From Octopus bimaculoides (taxonomy: Eukaryota), in assembly GCF_001194135.2 (NCBI RefSeq), contig NC_068999.1:33102412-33157903 (forward strand): a DNA stretch of 55,492 nucleotides. The letters are read 5' to 3'. Below, one piece after another: positions 36,326-49,290 of the stretch (its first letter is position 1; the number at the start of each line of letters is the position of its first letter). The notes under the pieces were generated by a model that was not told where the DNA came from, searched no databases, and saw only the letters and a list, made by a program, of their open reading frames with translations. Position numbers and translations under genes: made by a program.

Positions 36326-37634
36326 GCGTGTGTGTGATTGTTTATTTTTTGAATGACATTGTAGAGTAGGTGTGAAATGTCAGATCTGGCTAATCTGAAC
36401 ATAAAACAGAATATTTTGGCCTAATATGGCTGGTTTAAATGCTAAAAGGTTAGTGGATGACTGAGCTAACCATACATACCTGGTCAAGTGAGCAAGTATC
36501 TGGGTTTCTGAAGTTTGCAGTTTGGACTAAGCATTTTGCTTGGATTAAGTGAAACAATCTTTTTCATTCTTGGGTTTCTACAGCAGTAAACTTTTGTCTA
36601 TTGAAGATTTTCTTAAATACATCATCATCACCATCATTGTCATCATCATTTATCATCTTCATTTATCCATCCATTTTTCATGCTTGCATGGGTTGGACAG
36701 GTCTTCTCCAACTCAGCATCTTGGCACTTCTTTTATCATCTCCTTTGTGAAGTTCAACAGCCATGAGATCAGTTTTGCTTATGTCTCCAACTCGGATCTC
36801 CTGGCACTATCTTTTCTCAACTGTCATCATCCAAATCCACTATAATTTCATAAAAACACAGTACTGGTGGTAACGGTGCTAGTGGTGATGTTATTGTTGA
36901 TGGTGGTGGTGTTGGTGGTAATTGTGGTGGTGGTGGCAGTGGCAGTAGTGATGATGATGATGGTGATGATGCATCTTAATGAAATCAGTGACAAAAACTA
37001 AATTGCTCATGGTCATCTACTTAAAAGTCATTAATGTCCACAGAACTACTGACCAGTCAAATGTTCTGCTGGTCATTATTGATACATAAAAACTGATTCA
37101 ATCAACAAATTATTAAATCTTTATAAATAAGCTTCTTTAAATAGCCACCCACTCCTACATGCCATTCATTAACTGCTCCTTGCTATTTAGTGGTCAAGCT
37201 TACTGATTAAGTATTCACTGTGACAATTCATTAGCCATATTGCGATGATTACTTACTTAAGTTCACTTCTGTGGTCAATAATAACAAAGTAATCACCTTA
37301 AATGTCAGTAATTAACATATACTAATTAACAGTTTATGAAGGTCAGTGACCAACATATTCTCCTTTTTAAAGCCAGTGGTCTATAATCACTGCTAATTAA
37401 CAAATACGATGTAGAGATTAACTCCCTCTAATTAACAATTGTGGAATCAGAGGTTTAATTAGCAATTTTTATCTTTTACTTGTTTCACTCATTAGACTGC
37501 AGCTATACTGGGGCACCCCTTGAAGGGTTTAGTAAAAAAAAAAATCAACCCCAGGACTTATTTTAATGTCTGGTACTTATTCTATTAATCTCTTTTTTCT
37601 GAACTGCTAAGTTATGGGGGACGTAAGCAAATCA

Positions 37635-37935
37635 ATGTGGCTTAGTGGCTAGGGTATTCTGCTCACGCTTGCAATATCATGTGTTCAATTCCCAGCAACA
37701 TGTTGTGTCCTTGAGCAAGACACTTTATTTCACATTGTTCCAGTCCACTCAGCTGGCAAAAATGAGTAGTACCTGTATTTCAAAGGGACCAGCCTTGTCA
37801 CATACTGTATCTCCCTCAGAACGACCTTAAGGGTATGCATGTCTATGCAGCGCTCAGCCACTTGCATGTTAATTTTACGAGCAGGCTGTTCCGTTGATCG
37901 GATCGACTGGAACCCTCATTATCGACGGAGTGAAA
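37635..37935 (+). mobile_element. SINE family D
   Basis: TGGCTTAGTGG A box, GTTCAATTCC B box, CCTTGAGCAAGACACTT...CCACTCAGCTG central block, GGAACCCTC...GGAGTG tail. Confidence 0.85.
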
Positions 37936-38134
37936 CAAACCAACATTGGTTGCCAAATAGTAGGGAAACAAACACAAACATGGACACATCACTACAATGC
38001 TATCACCCCCTCCCCTTTGTCATCACCATGGTCAGCAGCTCACTGCCATCTACATGCCGTCATCATAAAGCTCTCTACATTGTCATCATTACACTATCAT
38101 TACTGTTATCACTGCTATCATTGCTACCAACTAC

Positions 38135-38215
38135 TTGATCACTCAACCTGCTAGAAATAACAGCCACACTTCTCTCAAAATACACACCCTACTGTCTTAA
38201 AAAGAGAAGAAACAC
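38135..38215 (+). repeat. Interspersed repeat, family E (unclassified)
   Basis: CTGCTAGAAATAACAGCCA...CTCAAAATACACACC motif; related pieces at about 19410-19580, 40020-40210 and 51860-52010. Confidence 0.6.
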
Positions 38216-38319
38216 AATCCGTGCAGTGACCTGAAAAGATGGAACGTCTTTAATTTTGGGTTTGTTGGATTAGTGCTGACAAGATCAATGACAGGATTGT
38301 CATCGCTGGAATACCTTGA

Positions 38320-38412
38320 TGATGATGAGGATGGTGGTGGTGGTGGTGGTGGTGGTGGTGGTGGTGGTGATGAGGATGATGACAATGATGCCTACAATGA
38401 TGAGGACGATGG

Positions 38413-38444
<32 letters not shown>

Positions 38445-38700
38445 ACACTGATAATGATGATGACAATGAGGAAGTGGACAATGATGATGGTGATGATAAT
38501 AATGACGATGATTAGGAGTAGCATGATGGCAGTGGTGGATGTGATGAAGGGATAGAGGAGAAATGATGATGATGATGATGATAAGTGTGACGGGGACGAG
38601 GGTGGTGGTGGTGGTAATGATGATGATGATGATAAAGAGGAGGAGGATGACAGCAGTGGCAGTGATGGTGGTGGTGGTGGTGGTGGTGGGTGATGTTTAG
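38320..38700. repeat. Compound (GGT)n/(GAT)n trinucleotide microsatellite
   Basis: Directly visible; source of the poly-D/G/H/P ORFs in the track. Confidence 0.9.
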
Positions 38701-39183
38701 CGGAAATGTACAACAATAAAACACCATTTATCGTTGCATCAAAAATCTCAAAGAAAGACCCATTAATTCCTCAGTTTCAATTTAATAAGACTTTTAAACA
38801 GACGCCATTCATTTGGTTGTCGACTGAAGAAGAAATTTGGATAAAATGTGAGGTCAGAGGTGAGATACATTTACGAAATTACAGTGCAACATTGAATAGA
38901 TATCGCTAAACTTTTCATTAATGAGAAACATGTGACAAATATGAGAATTAATCTTTCCCCCAGTTAATTTACTTCATTAATTGTTAATGTCTGACCTACA
39001 GCCACATGAAATCGCCTGTTTATATAATTCTAGACTAAAATTAGCTCCACATCAGACTCATTATATAACTTTGACATTTAAATTACACCTCTTCTTACTT
39101 TTTTACCTCATTCCTTTCACCTCAAGCACATTCTCCTTCTACTACTGCTGCTGCTGTTGCACCTCCTCCTCCTCCTCCTCCTC

Positions 39184-39216
<33 letters not shown>

Positions 39217-39556
39217 TAAGCAGCGTAGGTTTTGATACTGGATAAGGAAAATAATGTTTCTTATCATGATGTTTGCAGATTTCAGACAGACAAATACTTC
39301 TCTTGATACAAATGAAAGAGTTGGATGAAGATGCAATGTAGATAATCGATCTGCTAGAAATAAAAGGCTTACTTCCTTCAAATTACACTCTACTGGATAA
39401 CTGTTGTTGTATATAACATTAAATCTAAATCTAAATGTATATAGCAGTTCTTTACCAATATAAGTTCCCTAATAGGGAGAAGGAGCAAGACTCCCTAAGG
39501 CAATATGAGGGGAAACCTCATAAAAATGCTAAGATTACTCAGTCACAATGTATATT

Positions 39557-39915
39557 CATCATCATCATCATTTAATGTCCATTTTCCATGCTAGCATGGG
39601 TTGGAGGGTTTGACAGGAGCTGGCCAGCTGGGGAGCTGTCCAAACTCCAATTGTCTGTTACAGCATGGTTTCTATGGCTGGATGCCCTTCTTAATTCCAC
39701 CCACTAAACAGAGTGTGCTGGGTACATTTTATGTGCCACCAGCACAAATGCATTTATGCAATACTGACGTGAATGCATTTTACATGGCACCGGCACCAGC
39801 AAAGGACAAGCCTGTATGTATGGATGACTGCAATTTTACTTAGCTTGACAAATCTTTTCAAGTACGACAAATCACCAATTTCCCTGTCCCTTGTCATTTC
39901 TTCAGTGAGTCCCAA
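39557..39915 (-). mobile_element. RTE 3' end (coding relic plus tail)
   Basis: Minus strand reads LGLTEEMTRDRE..., then the AGGGCATCCAGC tail and (GAT)n. Confidence 0.8.
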
Positions 39916-40894
39916 ATGTAAGATGGAATGGTCAAGGATAAAACAGTTTTTATTGTAAGCTGGATGAAATCAGTGTCAACCTTGAGCTAAAAACAATGTC
40001 TCAGTACAAGCCACAAAAGGACTTACATGGTCACTCAAACTTATAGTTATGACAACTAAACCTTCCTCAAATCACACCACCAAACACCTTAAGAAGTGAA
40101 TGACACTTTGCATAATGAAACACAAGTCAGTCAAATCTGGAACACCTTTGAGCATAGATCCATTCATCTTGGGGCTGACCTGGGGCTGACCTGGGGCTAA
40201 ACAATACAACATAGCAACCACTTTCCTTGAAATATGAACAGTTCCAACCAATGAACCCTTATGTCAGGTTATTATGGTTTAATTGGTTGATTAACAGTGA
40301 TTGCCCTGTCTTTGTGTGTTGCTTTGTCATTCATGGAGAACTTTACTGGTGCATATTCAAACCATCTCTTTTCTCTTGTATTACTGGCATTACTTCCAGC
40401 AATATAAGTCCCAACTCTCTCACGCCTGTAGATGTATTCTTTCTTGGTTGAGATTGGATTACCAAGATAGTCATCACAGTCATTTTAGTGTTCACTTTTC
40501 CATGCTTGTATACCTCAAATTTTATTGAGGCAGATTTTCTATGGCCAGGTGTCCTTCCTGTTGCCAACTTTTACTTGTTTTCAAGGAAGATTATAGTTAT
40601 CTATGGCCAGACATGTTTGCACATAATATTAGGAAGGAATGACATTCGTTTACAATATTTGTGCGATGTAAAGACAAGAAAAATCACACACACATGGTGG
40701 GGTTCTTTCAGTTTTCATCTGCCAAATCCACTCAGAAGGTTTTGGTCAGCCCAGGGCTATATTAGAAGACACACGAGAAGACACTTTACTCAATATATCA
40801 CACAATCAGATTGAACCAAAAACCATGTGGTTGGGAAACAAAATTCTTAACCACAGAGCCATGCCTGTGCCAAGATGGTTATTTCTTCCCAATT

Positions 40895-41270
40895 TCTTTT
40901 ATTCCTTTTACTTGTTTCAGTCATTGGACTGCGGCCATGCTGGGGCATAGCCTTGAGGTATTTTAGTCAAATGAATCAACTTCAGTACTTATTCTATCGG
41001 TCTGCTTTGCCAAACCATTAAGTTACAGGAATGAAAACACAGCAATACCAGTTGTGAAGTGTTGCGGGGAGGGACAAACACTGGTACAAAGACATGCATG
41101 CACGCACACACACACACACATGACAAGCTGGGGGCCTACTAAATCCATTCACAAGGCTTTGGTTGGCCCATGGCTATAGTAGAAGACACTTGTCCAATGT
41201 GCCACACAGTGGAACTGAACCCAGAACCATGTGATTGGAAAGCAAACTTCTTACCAGACAGCCACACTTG
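40895..41270 (-). mobile_element. SINE family C (a further partial copy at about 40690-40870)
   Basis: Family C head, body and (CA)n. Confidence 0.75.
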
Positions 41271-41678
41271 GGCCTATAGACTATGATTACTGTATTCTGA
41301 TTCATTACATGCCCTTGTGATCTCTTGTGTGAAGGCTTTGATCCTGTGTCAATAAAAGATCTTTCAGTTTGAGGTTTGAGTCTTGTGCTTCTCAAACAGT
41401 AAATTTTTGCTTGTCTATTTCTCACTCAGTTCAATTTTTCATGCATTGATCATGAGTGAGCTTTCTTGCCATCACTTTATTATGCTGCTCTGTAGTTCCA
41501 ATTTTAGCTTTGTCTGTCATTAAAGCCTCTGCTTGTTTATTTGTTGGCTTCTATGAAGACAGAAACAGTGTATTTTTCTTTGTTCATGTTTCATAACTAT
41601 ACATATTAGCTTTCCATTATTCTTTACCAGATGATAGGTGCAAGCATGGCTTTCTAGGCACAGTGTGTGACTTTTATG

Positions 41679-42076
41679 GCACAGGTGTGTCTGTGTGGCA
41701 AGAAGGCGGCGAGCTGGTAGAAACGTTAGCACGCCAGAAGAAATGCTTAGCGGTATTTCGTCTGCTGCTACGTTCTGAGTTCAAATTCAGCCAAGGTCGA
41801 CTTTGCCTTTCATTCTTTCGGGGTCGATTAAATAAGTACCAGTCACGCACTGGGGTCGATATAATTGACTTAATTTGTTTGTCTGTCTTTGTTTGTCCCG
41901 TCTGTGTGTAGCCCCTTGTGGGCAGTGAAGAAATAAGAAGCTTGCTTCCCAATCACATGTTCCCTAGTTCAGTCCCACTGCTTGACACTATGGACAAGTG
42001 TCATCTACTATAACCTCGGGCCAACCAAAGCCTTGAGAGAGGATGTGGTTGGTAGACGGAAACTGAATGAAGCCTG

Positions 42077-42114
<38 letters not shown>

Positions 42115-42370
42115 ATGTGCAAACGCATGTGTGCATGTGACAGTATGCATGCATGTGTGCATTTGTGTCTGTGTTTGTCCCTTCCACTGATTGTCAATTG
42201 GTGTTGGTGTGTCTACACTCCCTGTAACCTACCAGTTCAGCAAAAGATACTGATGGAATAAGTACCAGGTTTAAAAAGAAAATAAGTACTTGGGTCAATT
42301 AGTTTAACTAAAATTCTCCAAGGTGGTGCCCCAGTATGGCCACAGTCTAATGACTAAAACAAGCAAAAGA
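41679..42370 (+). mobile_element. SINE family C interrupted by a family B SINE
   Basis: C head GCACAGGTGTGTCTGTGTGGCAAGAA (41679-41704) resumes at 41935 with AAGAAGCTTGCTTCCC. Confidence 0.85.
41705..41934 (+). mobile_element. SINE family B (CpG-rich, apparently young), nested
   Basis: GGCGGCGAGCTGG head; AAGAA duplicated at 41700-41704 and 41935-41939. Confidence 0.9.
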
Positions 42371-42926
42371 TAAAATATATTTTATAGTTCTTCAGTGGAT
42401 ATTTAATAATAGCTTTCTGGTCACATGATGTCCATCCCACCTTGTATTTGTGCTAAATACAATCTTTTTACATCAGATTTTCAGCAGTACATTCTAAATC
42501 TAGTAATTATTTTTCTTTTTCTCTTTAGACTTGCGTACAATTGAGAATATTATGACTGTGACTTATTGCTGGAACGTCTGGAGTATTAATGCCTATTACT
42601 TTATTGTTTGCATTCACCTGATTGTCATTTATGTCTGTTGTATATTGTATAGTCCATTGATTCCTAAGTGTGTGTCTGTGTTTGAATTTATTCTCTTGTC
42701 GTAGTTTGTTTCTCTAGCATGATATTAGTGTCCTTAATTAATGTTCCTCTCATCAAAGTTGTCCAACGTTTTTCTCATTTGAATCTCATAAATTTCTCTG
42801 GCAAATCATATTCTGCATGCAATTGTGTTTCTGCGTGTTCATCATTTGCAGCATACAACTTAAGAACATCTATGTGCAAAAGACATATGATTATTATTAT
42901 TACTGTTGTTGTTATTGTAGCAGCAC

Positions 42927-42971
<45 letters not shown>

Positions 42972-42973
<2 letters not shown>

Positions 42974-43513
42974 GCCCTGATGCAGTACCAGGCAGCGGCT
43001 TTCATGGTTTCTCATCTTACTTAACTGATTGGAGGTGTTATCATGTACACTGTTTTGTCTTGGTATAAAAGATGGGCTACAGCAAATATTCAGCTCAATA
43101 CCACAGATTTGTGTGTTAGTTGTTTGACCGTAACCAGTTGAGCATGTCCCTTGGTGGCTGATGATATTTGCATCTCTGATCATGAGCAGAAGTAGTGGAG
43201 AAACATCATAACCATGTGTTGAGAGGAATTCTTTGGGGTTTGAATAATTCACCTCTGGAAACATGAGTGTTTCGTTCAACATTTTTAAACAACCCTTATT
43301 CAAAGACCATTTGAGTGAGATGGGCTAATCGACCTGAAGAACATTCTAACAGGTTCATGCGCTGTTTATCTTGATATGAGATCACCATGTCGTACACATT
43401 TGTAATGCATGTGCCTGGTGTACCCTTATCAGATGGGTAGTCATGATGTCTATATTGGGCTTTGTATATTTTACCCTAGTGCCACTTTGATGGCATGCAC
43501 TGCTCTTTCACTC
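42972..43513. mobile_element. About 540-bp non-coding element bounded on both sides by (TAA)n
   Basis: (TAA)n at 42927-42971 and 43514-43593 with sharp boundaries; no convincing ORF; class unassigned. Confidence 0.6.
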
Positions 43514-43540
43514 AATAATAATGATAATAATAATAATAAC

Positions 43541-43587
<47 letters not shown>

Positions 43588-43593
43588 TAATAA

Positions 43594-45660
43594 GACTCAA
43601 GGAGATAATAGTTACAAGAACAGAGATGAAGCCAGTGAATTTGAGAAGCTTTGACTGTAACAATGTGAAATGTATGACCCAAAAGATTGATGAGATTCTG
43701 AAATACATTCTAACAAAAGATCTAACAGAAACAAGGGACTTAATCAGATCTGCTTCAATTTTAGTAGGTGAACTGGTTGCAAAGAAAGAGAGGAAAGCAG
43801 ATGGACGGAAGGAACCATGGTGGAAGTGAAGAATTGAAGGTGATATTAAAACTTTGCATAAAGATTTGAGTTGCATAGAGGAATGATCCAAAGGGCCATA
43901 GAAAAATGCTAAAAAAGGTGCAAGGGCATAAAAGAAAAAGTCCAAAACTGTTTTCAAAATCCTAAAACAACATGTGCGGATAAAATCATTATAGGTGCAA
44001 CGTTACACTAATCACATATCAGAGTTCCAGCAAAACAGGTTATTCTCAAATAATCAGAGGCAGTTTTTTAAGGGCTTAGGAGGAAATACAGAAAATTATA
44101 TACCTCCTGAAGCAGAGGAAACCTGCCAATTTTGGAATAACATCTAGGGGCAAGAAGTTTCCCACAACCACAGTTCTGAGTGGATTCATTTCATGAGATC
44201 AGAACTCCATCACCAGGAGGATCCACAACAGGACCATGTACACACAACAATGGAAGACGTAATTGCACAAGTATCAAAACTGCCAAACTAGAAAGCGGCT
44301 TGACCAGATGGAATTCAAGGCTACTGACTCAAGTGGTTTTGGTCAACACACAAATGAATTGCGTTGGAATTAGGCAATTGCCTACAGAGTGGTACAGTTC
44401 TGGAGTGAATTGTAAAGGGAAAGACAATATTGCTGATGAAAGATCGGTCCAAGGGCAATGAGGTTGACAATTATTGACCCATTGCTTATCTTAACCTCTT
44501 ATGGAAAGTATTAACAGGCATCCTCACAAGGAAAGTTTATACATTCCTTGCAGCAAACAATCTACTTCAAGTAAAACAAAAGAGATGCTGAAAAGAATAT
44601 AAAGGCAACAAGGACCACCTTGTGAAAGACAAAGTTGTCATCAGGAACTGCAAACAAAACCATAAAAACTTGTGCATGGCTTTGATAGATTTTAGAAAGG
44701 CTTACAACATGTTGCTGCATTTGTGGATTTTGGTAACACTCGACATGTGTGGAATAGCAAAGAACATGTGTGCACTGATTAAGGACAGCAAGCCTAGTGG
44801 AAAATACATCTTTTCTGTAACAACCAGCACTTAGCCAAGGTAACAATCAAAAAGAGGTATCTTCCAGAGAGACTCTTGTTCCCCTTTGTTATTTGTTATA
44901 ACCTTGATCCCACTTTCTGTAGTCCTACACAAAGTCAATGCACACTATGAGCTGAGAAAGAATGGACCTTGTCTCAACCACCTTCTCTTCATGGATGATT
45001 TAAAACTGTTTGCAAAAACAGACCCTGAAATAGAGAGGCTGGTTGAGTGTACAGATGTGCAGCAAGGATATAGGAATGGAATTTAGTATTTTGAAGTGTG
45101 CAGTGATCACTTTGAAATGGNNNNNNNNNNNNNNNNNNNNNNNNNNNNNNNNNNNNNNNNNNNNNNNNNNNNNNNNNNNNNNNNNNNNNNNGGGGGGGGG
45201 GGAGCATCTTGTAAGGGCATAGAATTGCCAAATGGAGAGACAATGGACAACCCAAATGATGATAGGTACAAGTACCTTGGGATCCTGGAGCTGGACAATA
45301 TCTTGCACAGAGAAATGAAAGACAAGGTCATCACTGCATATTTGTAGCACCTCAAACTTCTCCTGAAATCAAAACTCAACTCAAGGAACCTTATCACTGC
45401 CATCAACACATGGGCTGTTGCTGTAGTCTGTTAGAGTACACCCGTCCTGAAATGGACATGAGCAGAGATTAACCAGCTTGATCACACTACTCAAAAGACG
45501 ATGACAATGCATGGTGCCCTCCATGTTAAGGCAAATGTATATAGGCTCTACATGAAGAGGTGTAAAGGTGGATGTTGGCTGTTTAGTGTACGGGAGTGCA
45601 TCGACAGTGAAAGAAGAAACATGGCAGAATATTTAGTAAATAGCAAACAAGACCTCTCTA
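43594..45660 (+). mobile_element. R4/Dong-like non-LTR retrotransposon relic (RT region; both ends truncated)
   Basis: KEPWWK*RIE, KAA*PDGIQGY*LK, IDFRKAYN, GIFQRDSCSPLLF, HLLFMDDLKLF, YKYLGI, KSKLNSRNLITAINTWAV; many stops and frameshifts. Confidence 0.9.
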
Positions 45661-45689
45661 AAAGGATTTTTGTCTTGCAAGTTACTTGG

Positions 45690-45945
45690 TGACCCTGCCA
45701 GTGCTGATGCTACACTTTAAACTGGTTGGCATTTAGAAGGGCATCTAGCTGTAAACACCATGCTAAAACTGACCTCACCTGTGCTTGTGAAATGTAAAAA
45801 GCATTCAGTCCACTCTGCTGAGTGGTTGCTGTTAGGAAGAGCATCCAGCCATAAAAAATCCCTGCCAAAACAGACACAGAAATCTGGTGCAGGCTCCTGC
45901 CAGGCTGGCCCCTGTCAAACCTTCCAACCCATGCATTTAAGGCAT
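45690..45945 (+). mobile_element. RTE 3' tail fragments
   Basis: Two AGGGCATC(T/C)AGC blocks and CCAACCCATGC. Confidence 0.65.
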
Positions 45946-46236
45946 CAAAATGGCCTTTCCCCTGTTCTTTCCTCCTCCATTTAAGCTGTTCTTACCTAAG
46001 TTAACTCATTTCTACAGCTGAGTGAATAGGAGCAATGCAAAATAAAGTGTCTTGCTCAAGAACAACACACAGCCCAGTCCAGGAATCAAACTCACTAACT
46101 CATGATTGTGAGCCCAATGCTCTAACCAGTGAGCCATGCACCTTCACAGATACTTTTTAATCAGCTCTATAAACACCCTGTACCATCCACAAGAACTGGG
46201 TTGAACTGTATCCAAAATATTCAGACCAGTAATCCT

Positions 46237-46433
46237 TTCTGCTATAAGCACAAGGCTTGAAATCTTTAGGGGAGGAGGCTAACCAATTACATCAACTCCA
46301 GTACGCAACTGGTACTTACCTTATTGACACCAAAATGATGAAGGACAGAATTTGAACTCAGAATGTAAAACCGGAAGAAATGCTATGAAGTATTTTGTCC
46401 GGCATGCTAGTGATTCTGTGAGTTTTCTACCTT
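46237..46433 (-). mobile_element. SINE family B
   Basis: Reverse complement of the B head and body (ATTTGAACTCAGAATGTAAA...). Confidence 0.75.
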
Positions 46434-46624
46434 ATATTCAGATCAATAATGATCAATACTTAGTAAAAATTGACAACCAATTGGCTTTATTATTGATTTA
46501 ACAGTAGGAATATACCAAGTTTTGGTCAATAAATGACACTGAATTCTCCTTCAATAACCAATATTTCTTCATATTGGAATCAACTGAGATTATGGGACAG
46601 ATTATAAGAGGATGGCAGCTAGTA

Positions 46625-46655
<31 letters not shown>

Positions 46656-46684
46656 AAGACAGAGAGAGAAAGAGAGAGAGGGAA

Positions 46685-46716
<32 letters not shown>

Positions 46717-47009
46717 GGGAGGAGATTATCTTTCACAGAATGGATTAATAATAATGTATTTCTTTCATTCATTCATTTTCTTCATAGCATTCCTTCCTCT
46801 TTCTTTCTTTCTTTCTTTCTTTGCTTCTTTCTGAAATTCACTTTTTCCTTCCATGTTTCTTTCTTACCACTTTTCCTCACCTCCATCAACCTATAATATC
46901 ATATATATATATATATATATATATNNNNNNNNNNNNNNNNNNNNNNNNNNNNNNNNNNNNNNNNNNNNNNNNNNNNNNNNNNNATCATCATCATCATCTT
47001 CCATATATT

Positions 47010-47410
47010 CTTTTATTTTTTTATCTGTTTCAGTCAGTTGATTGTGGCCATGCTGGAGCACTGCCTTGAAGGCTTTTAGTTGAATAAATTGACCCCAAGA
47101 TATATTTTTTAAAGTCTAGTACTTATTCTATTGGTCTCTTTTGCTGAACCGCTACATTAAAGGGACATAAATACACCAACACTGATTGTCAAGCTGTAAG
47201 GGGACACAAACACAGGCACAAAGATACACATGCACACACACACACACACACACACACGGTGAGCTTTTTTTAGTTTCCATCTACCAAATCCACTCACAAG
47301 GCTTTGGTCAGCCTGAGTAGAAGACACCTGCCCAAGGTGCCAAGGTGGGACTGAACCCAGAACCATGTGGGTGGGAAGCAAGTTTCTTACCACACATCCA
47401 TGCCTGTACC
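47010..47410 (-). mobile_element. SINE family C
   Basis: Family C blocks with internal (CA)n. Confidence 0.8.
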
Positions 47411-47882
47411 TATATCTATATACATCTTTTTTCTTCCTTTTTCCCTTCCGCCTCTATATGTATTGATTTTTTTTTTTTTTACCAATATTAAGATTTCTGG
47501 TGTTGTTCAAAGACAAACTAGCCATTTATATTGTTAGTAGTATTTACTGGTTTGGTGGTGCTGACGGTTTTAGAAACAACCCTTTTGTGACAGTAGCTAA
47601 CCCCAGCTGACCTCAGCTGGCCCACAGGTAACCTTTAACAATACATGTTGTGTGTAAAATATACTTTGTCTGAAAAAAATGGCCCAGTTTTGATAACATT
47701 GAACAAAACTAATGTCTGAGAGCATAAATAACATCCTAGAAGTTAGTACAAGTCGACTGATCATTCAAAAGATAGTTTATAAAAATAGTCCGTTTATTCC
47801 TGTCGGTTTTTCAACATGTTTATTGTTTTCGGTTGTTGGTTTTTGAGACCAAACCCACTCCACTCCACAGTTTTGTTTATAG

Positions 47883-48234
47883 CAATGGGTTCTCAACCAG
47901 GGTCCAGATGACCCTGGGGGTTCATGTAAGGGTTTTGTGGGTCCATGCAAGCAAAATAGTAAATTGGGGAGTCACAGTTGTATATTAAGGGCCCTTGAAA
48001 AAAATTTTGATTTAGATGTATGTATTGGTATGTATTACAAGAAACAGTTAGGTTTCTTTCCCCGACATTTTGCATAGTTCAACCTAAACAAGTCAATGTG
48101 TGAAAAACAAAATAGGAATTTTGAAAGAAGTTTCTATAAAACTAGTTTTTAAACATCGAATGGTTGTGGGGTTCCACCAGAATAAGATAGTAAACGAGTG
48201 GGTCCACAGGTGAAAAAATGTTTGAGAGTCATTA
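47883..48234. mobile_element. hAT-like MITE with 8-bp TSD
   Basis: TIRs CAATGGGTTCTCAAC / GTTTGAGAGTCATTA; flanks GTTTATAG (47875-47882) and GTTGATAG (48235-48242), 7 of 8 identical. Confidence 0.85.
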
Positions 48235-48389
48235 GTTGATAGTGTACAGAAGATTCACTCAGTTGAGCATTTCAGAGTTGTGTCCCTTGGTTGTCATTTT
48301 TACGTTTTAAAAATCGTTGGAAGGCATTTCTATGTCTGATAGTAATGACTTAGATAATCTTTTATCAATTATTTTTTTCCATCACTGGA

Positions 48390-48591
48390 TTATGGCTACT
48401 GTGGGGCATCGCCTGAAAGTGTTTAGTCAAATAAATCGATCCCAGTACTTATTGTTTAATCTGATACTTCTCTGATACGTCCCTTTGACCAAACTGCTAA
48501 GTTATGCGAATGTAAAATAAATCAACATTGGTTGTCAAGTGGGGGGTGGGGACAAACAAACACAACGATGCACACACACACACACAACGAT

Positions 48592-48636
<45 letters not shown>

Positions 48637-48858
48637 CATATATACACATGATGGGCTCCAACACAGTTTGCATCTACCAAATTTACGCACAAAGCATTGN
48701 NNNNNNNNNNNNNNNNNNNNNNNNNNNNNNNNNNNNNNNNNNNNNNNNNNNNNNNNNNNNNNNNNNNNNNNNNNNNNNNNNNNNNNNNNNNNNNNGACTG
48801 AACCTGAAACTGTGTGGTGGCAAAGCAAGCTCCTTAACCACACAACCATGCCTGTGTA
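48390..48858 (-). mobile_element. SINE family C (spans a gap)
   Basis: Family C blocks; head at the high-coordinate end. Confidence 0.75.
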
Positions 48859-48919
48859 TCGTCTCAAATAAATTTCTTCAATTTGCAAGGTTCTATTAAA
48901 TTTGTAATTTGTAAGTACA

Positions 48920-49077
48920 GACATAGTGCAGGCATAGTAGGAAGCTTGCTTTCCAACCACAATGGTTCCAGGTTCATTCCCACTGCATGGCACCAGGGGC
49001 AAGTGCCTTCTACTACAGCCTTGGGCCAACCAAAGCCTTGAGAATGGATATGGTAGACAGAAACTGAATGAAGCCCA

Positions 49078-49119
<42 letters not shown>

Positions 49120-49290
49120 TCATAGCTTGACAACTGGTGTTGGTGTGTTTACGTCCACCCAACTTAGTTGTAACTTGCCAATAAAGTAAATCTTAGGATT
49201 GATTTGTTCAGCAAATTACCCTTCAAGAAGAATGGTGCCCCAGCATAGCCACAGTCAAATAACTGAAATAAATAAAGGTAAAAGATAAAA
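48920..49290 (+). mobile_element. SINE family C
   Basis: AAGCTTGCTTTCCAACCAC...GGTTCATTCCC...GAAGCCCATCG(TG)n...CCCCAGCAT. Confidence 0.8.

Noticed and set aside
38273-38727. Poly-Asp/Gly/His/Pro ORFs resembling low-complexity or biomineral proteins
   Set aside because: All frames are open because of (GAT)n/(GGT)n; no splice sites or unique coding flanks. The same applies at 49594-49863.
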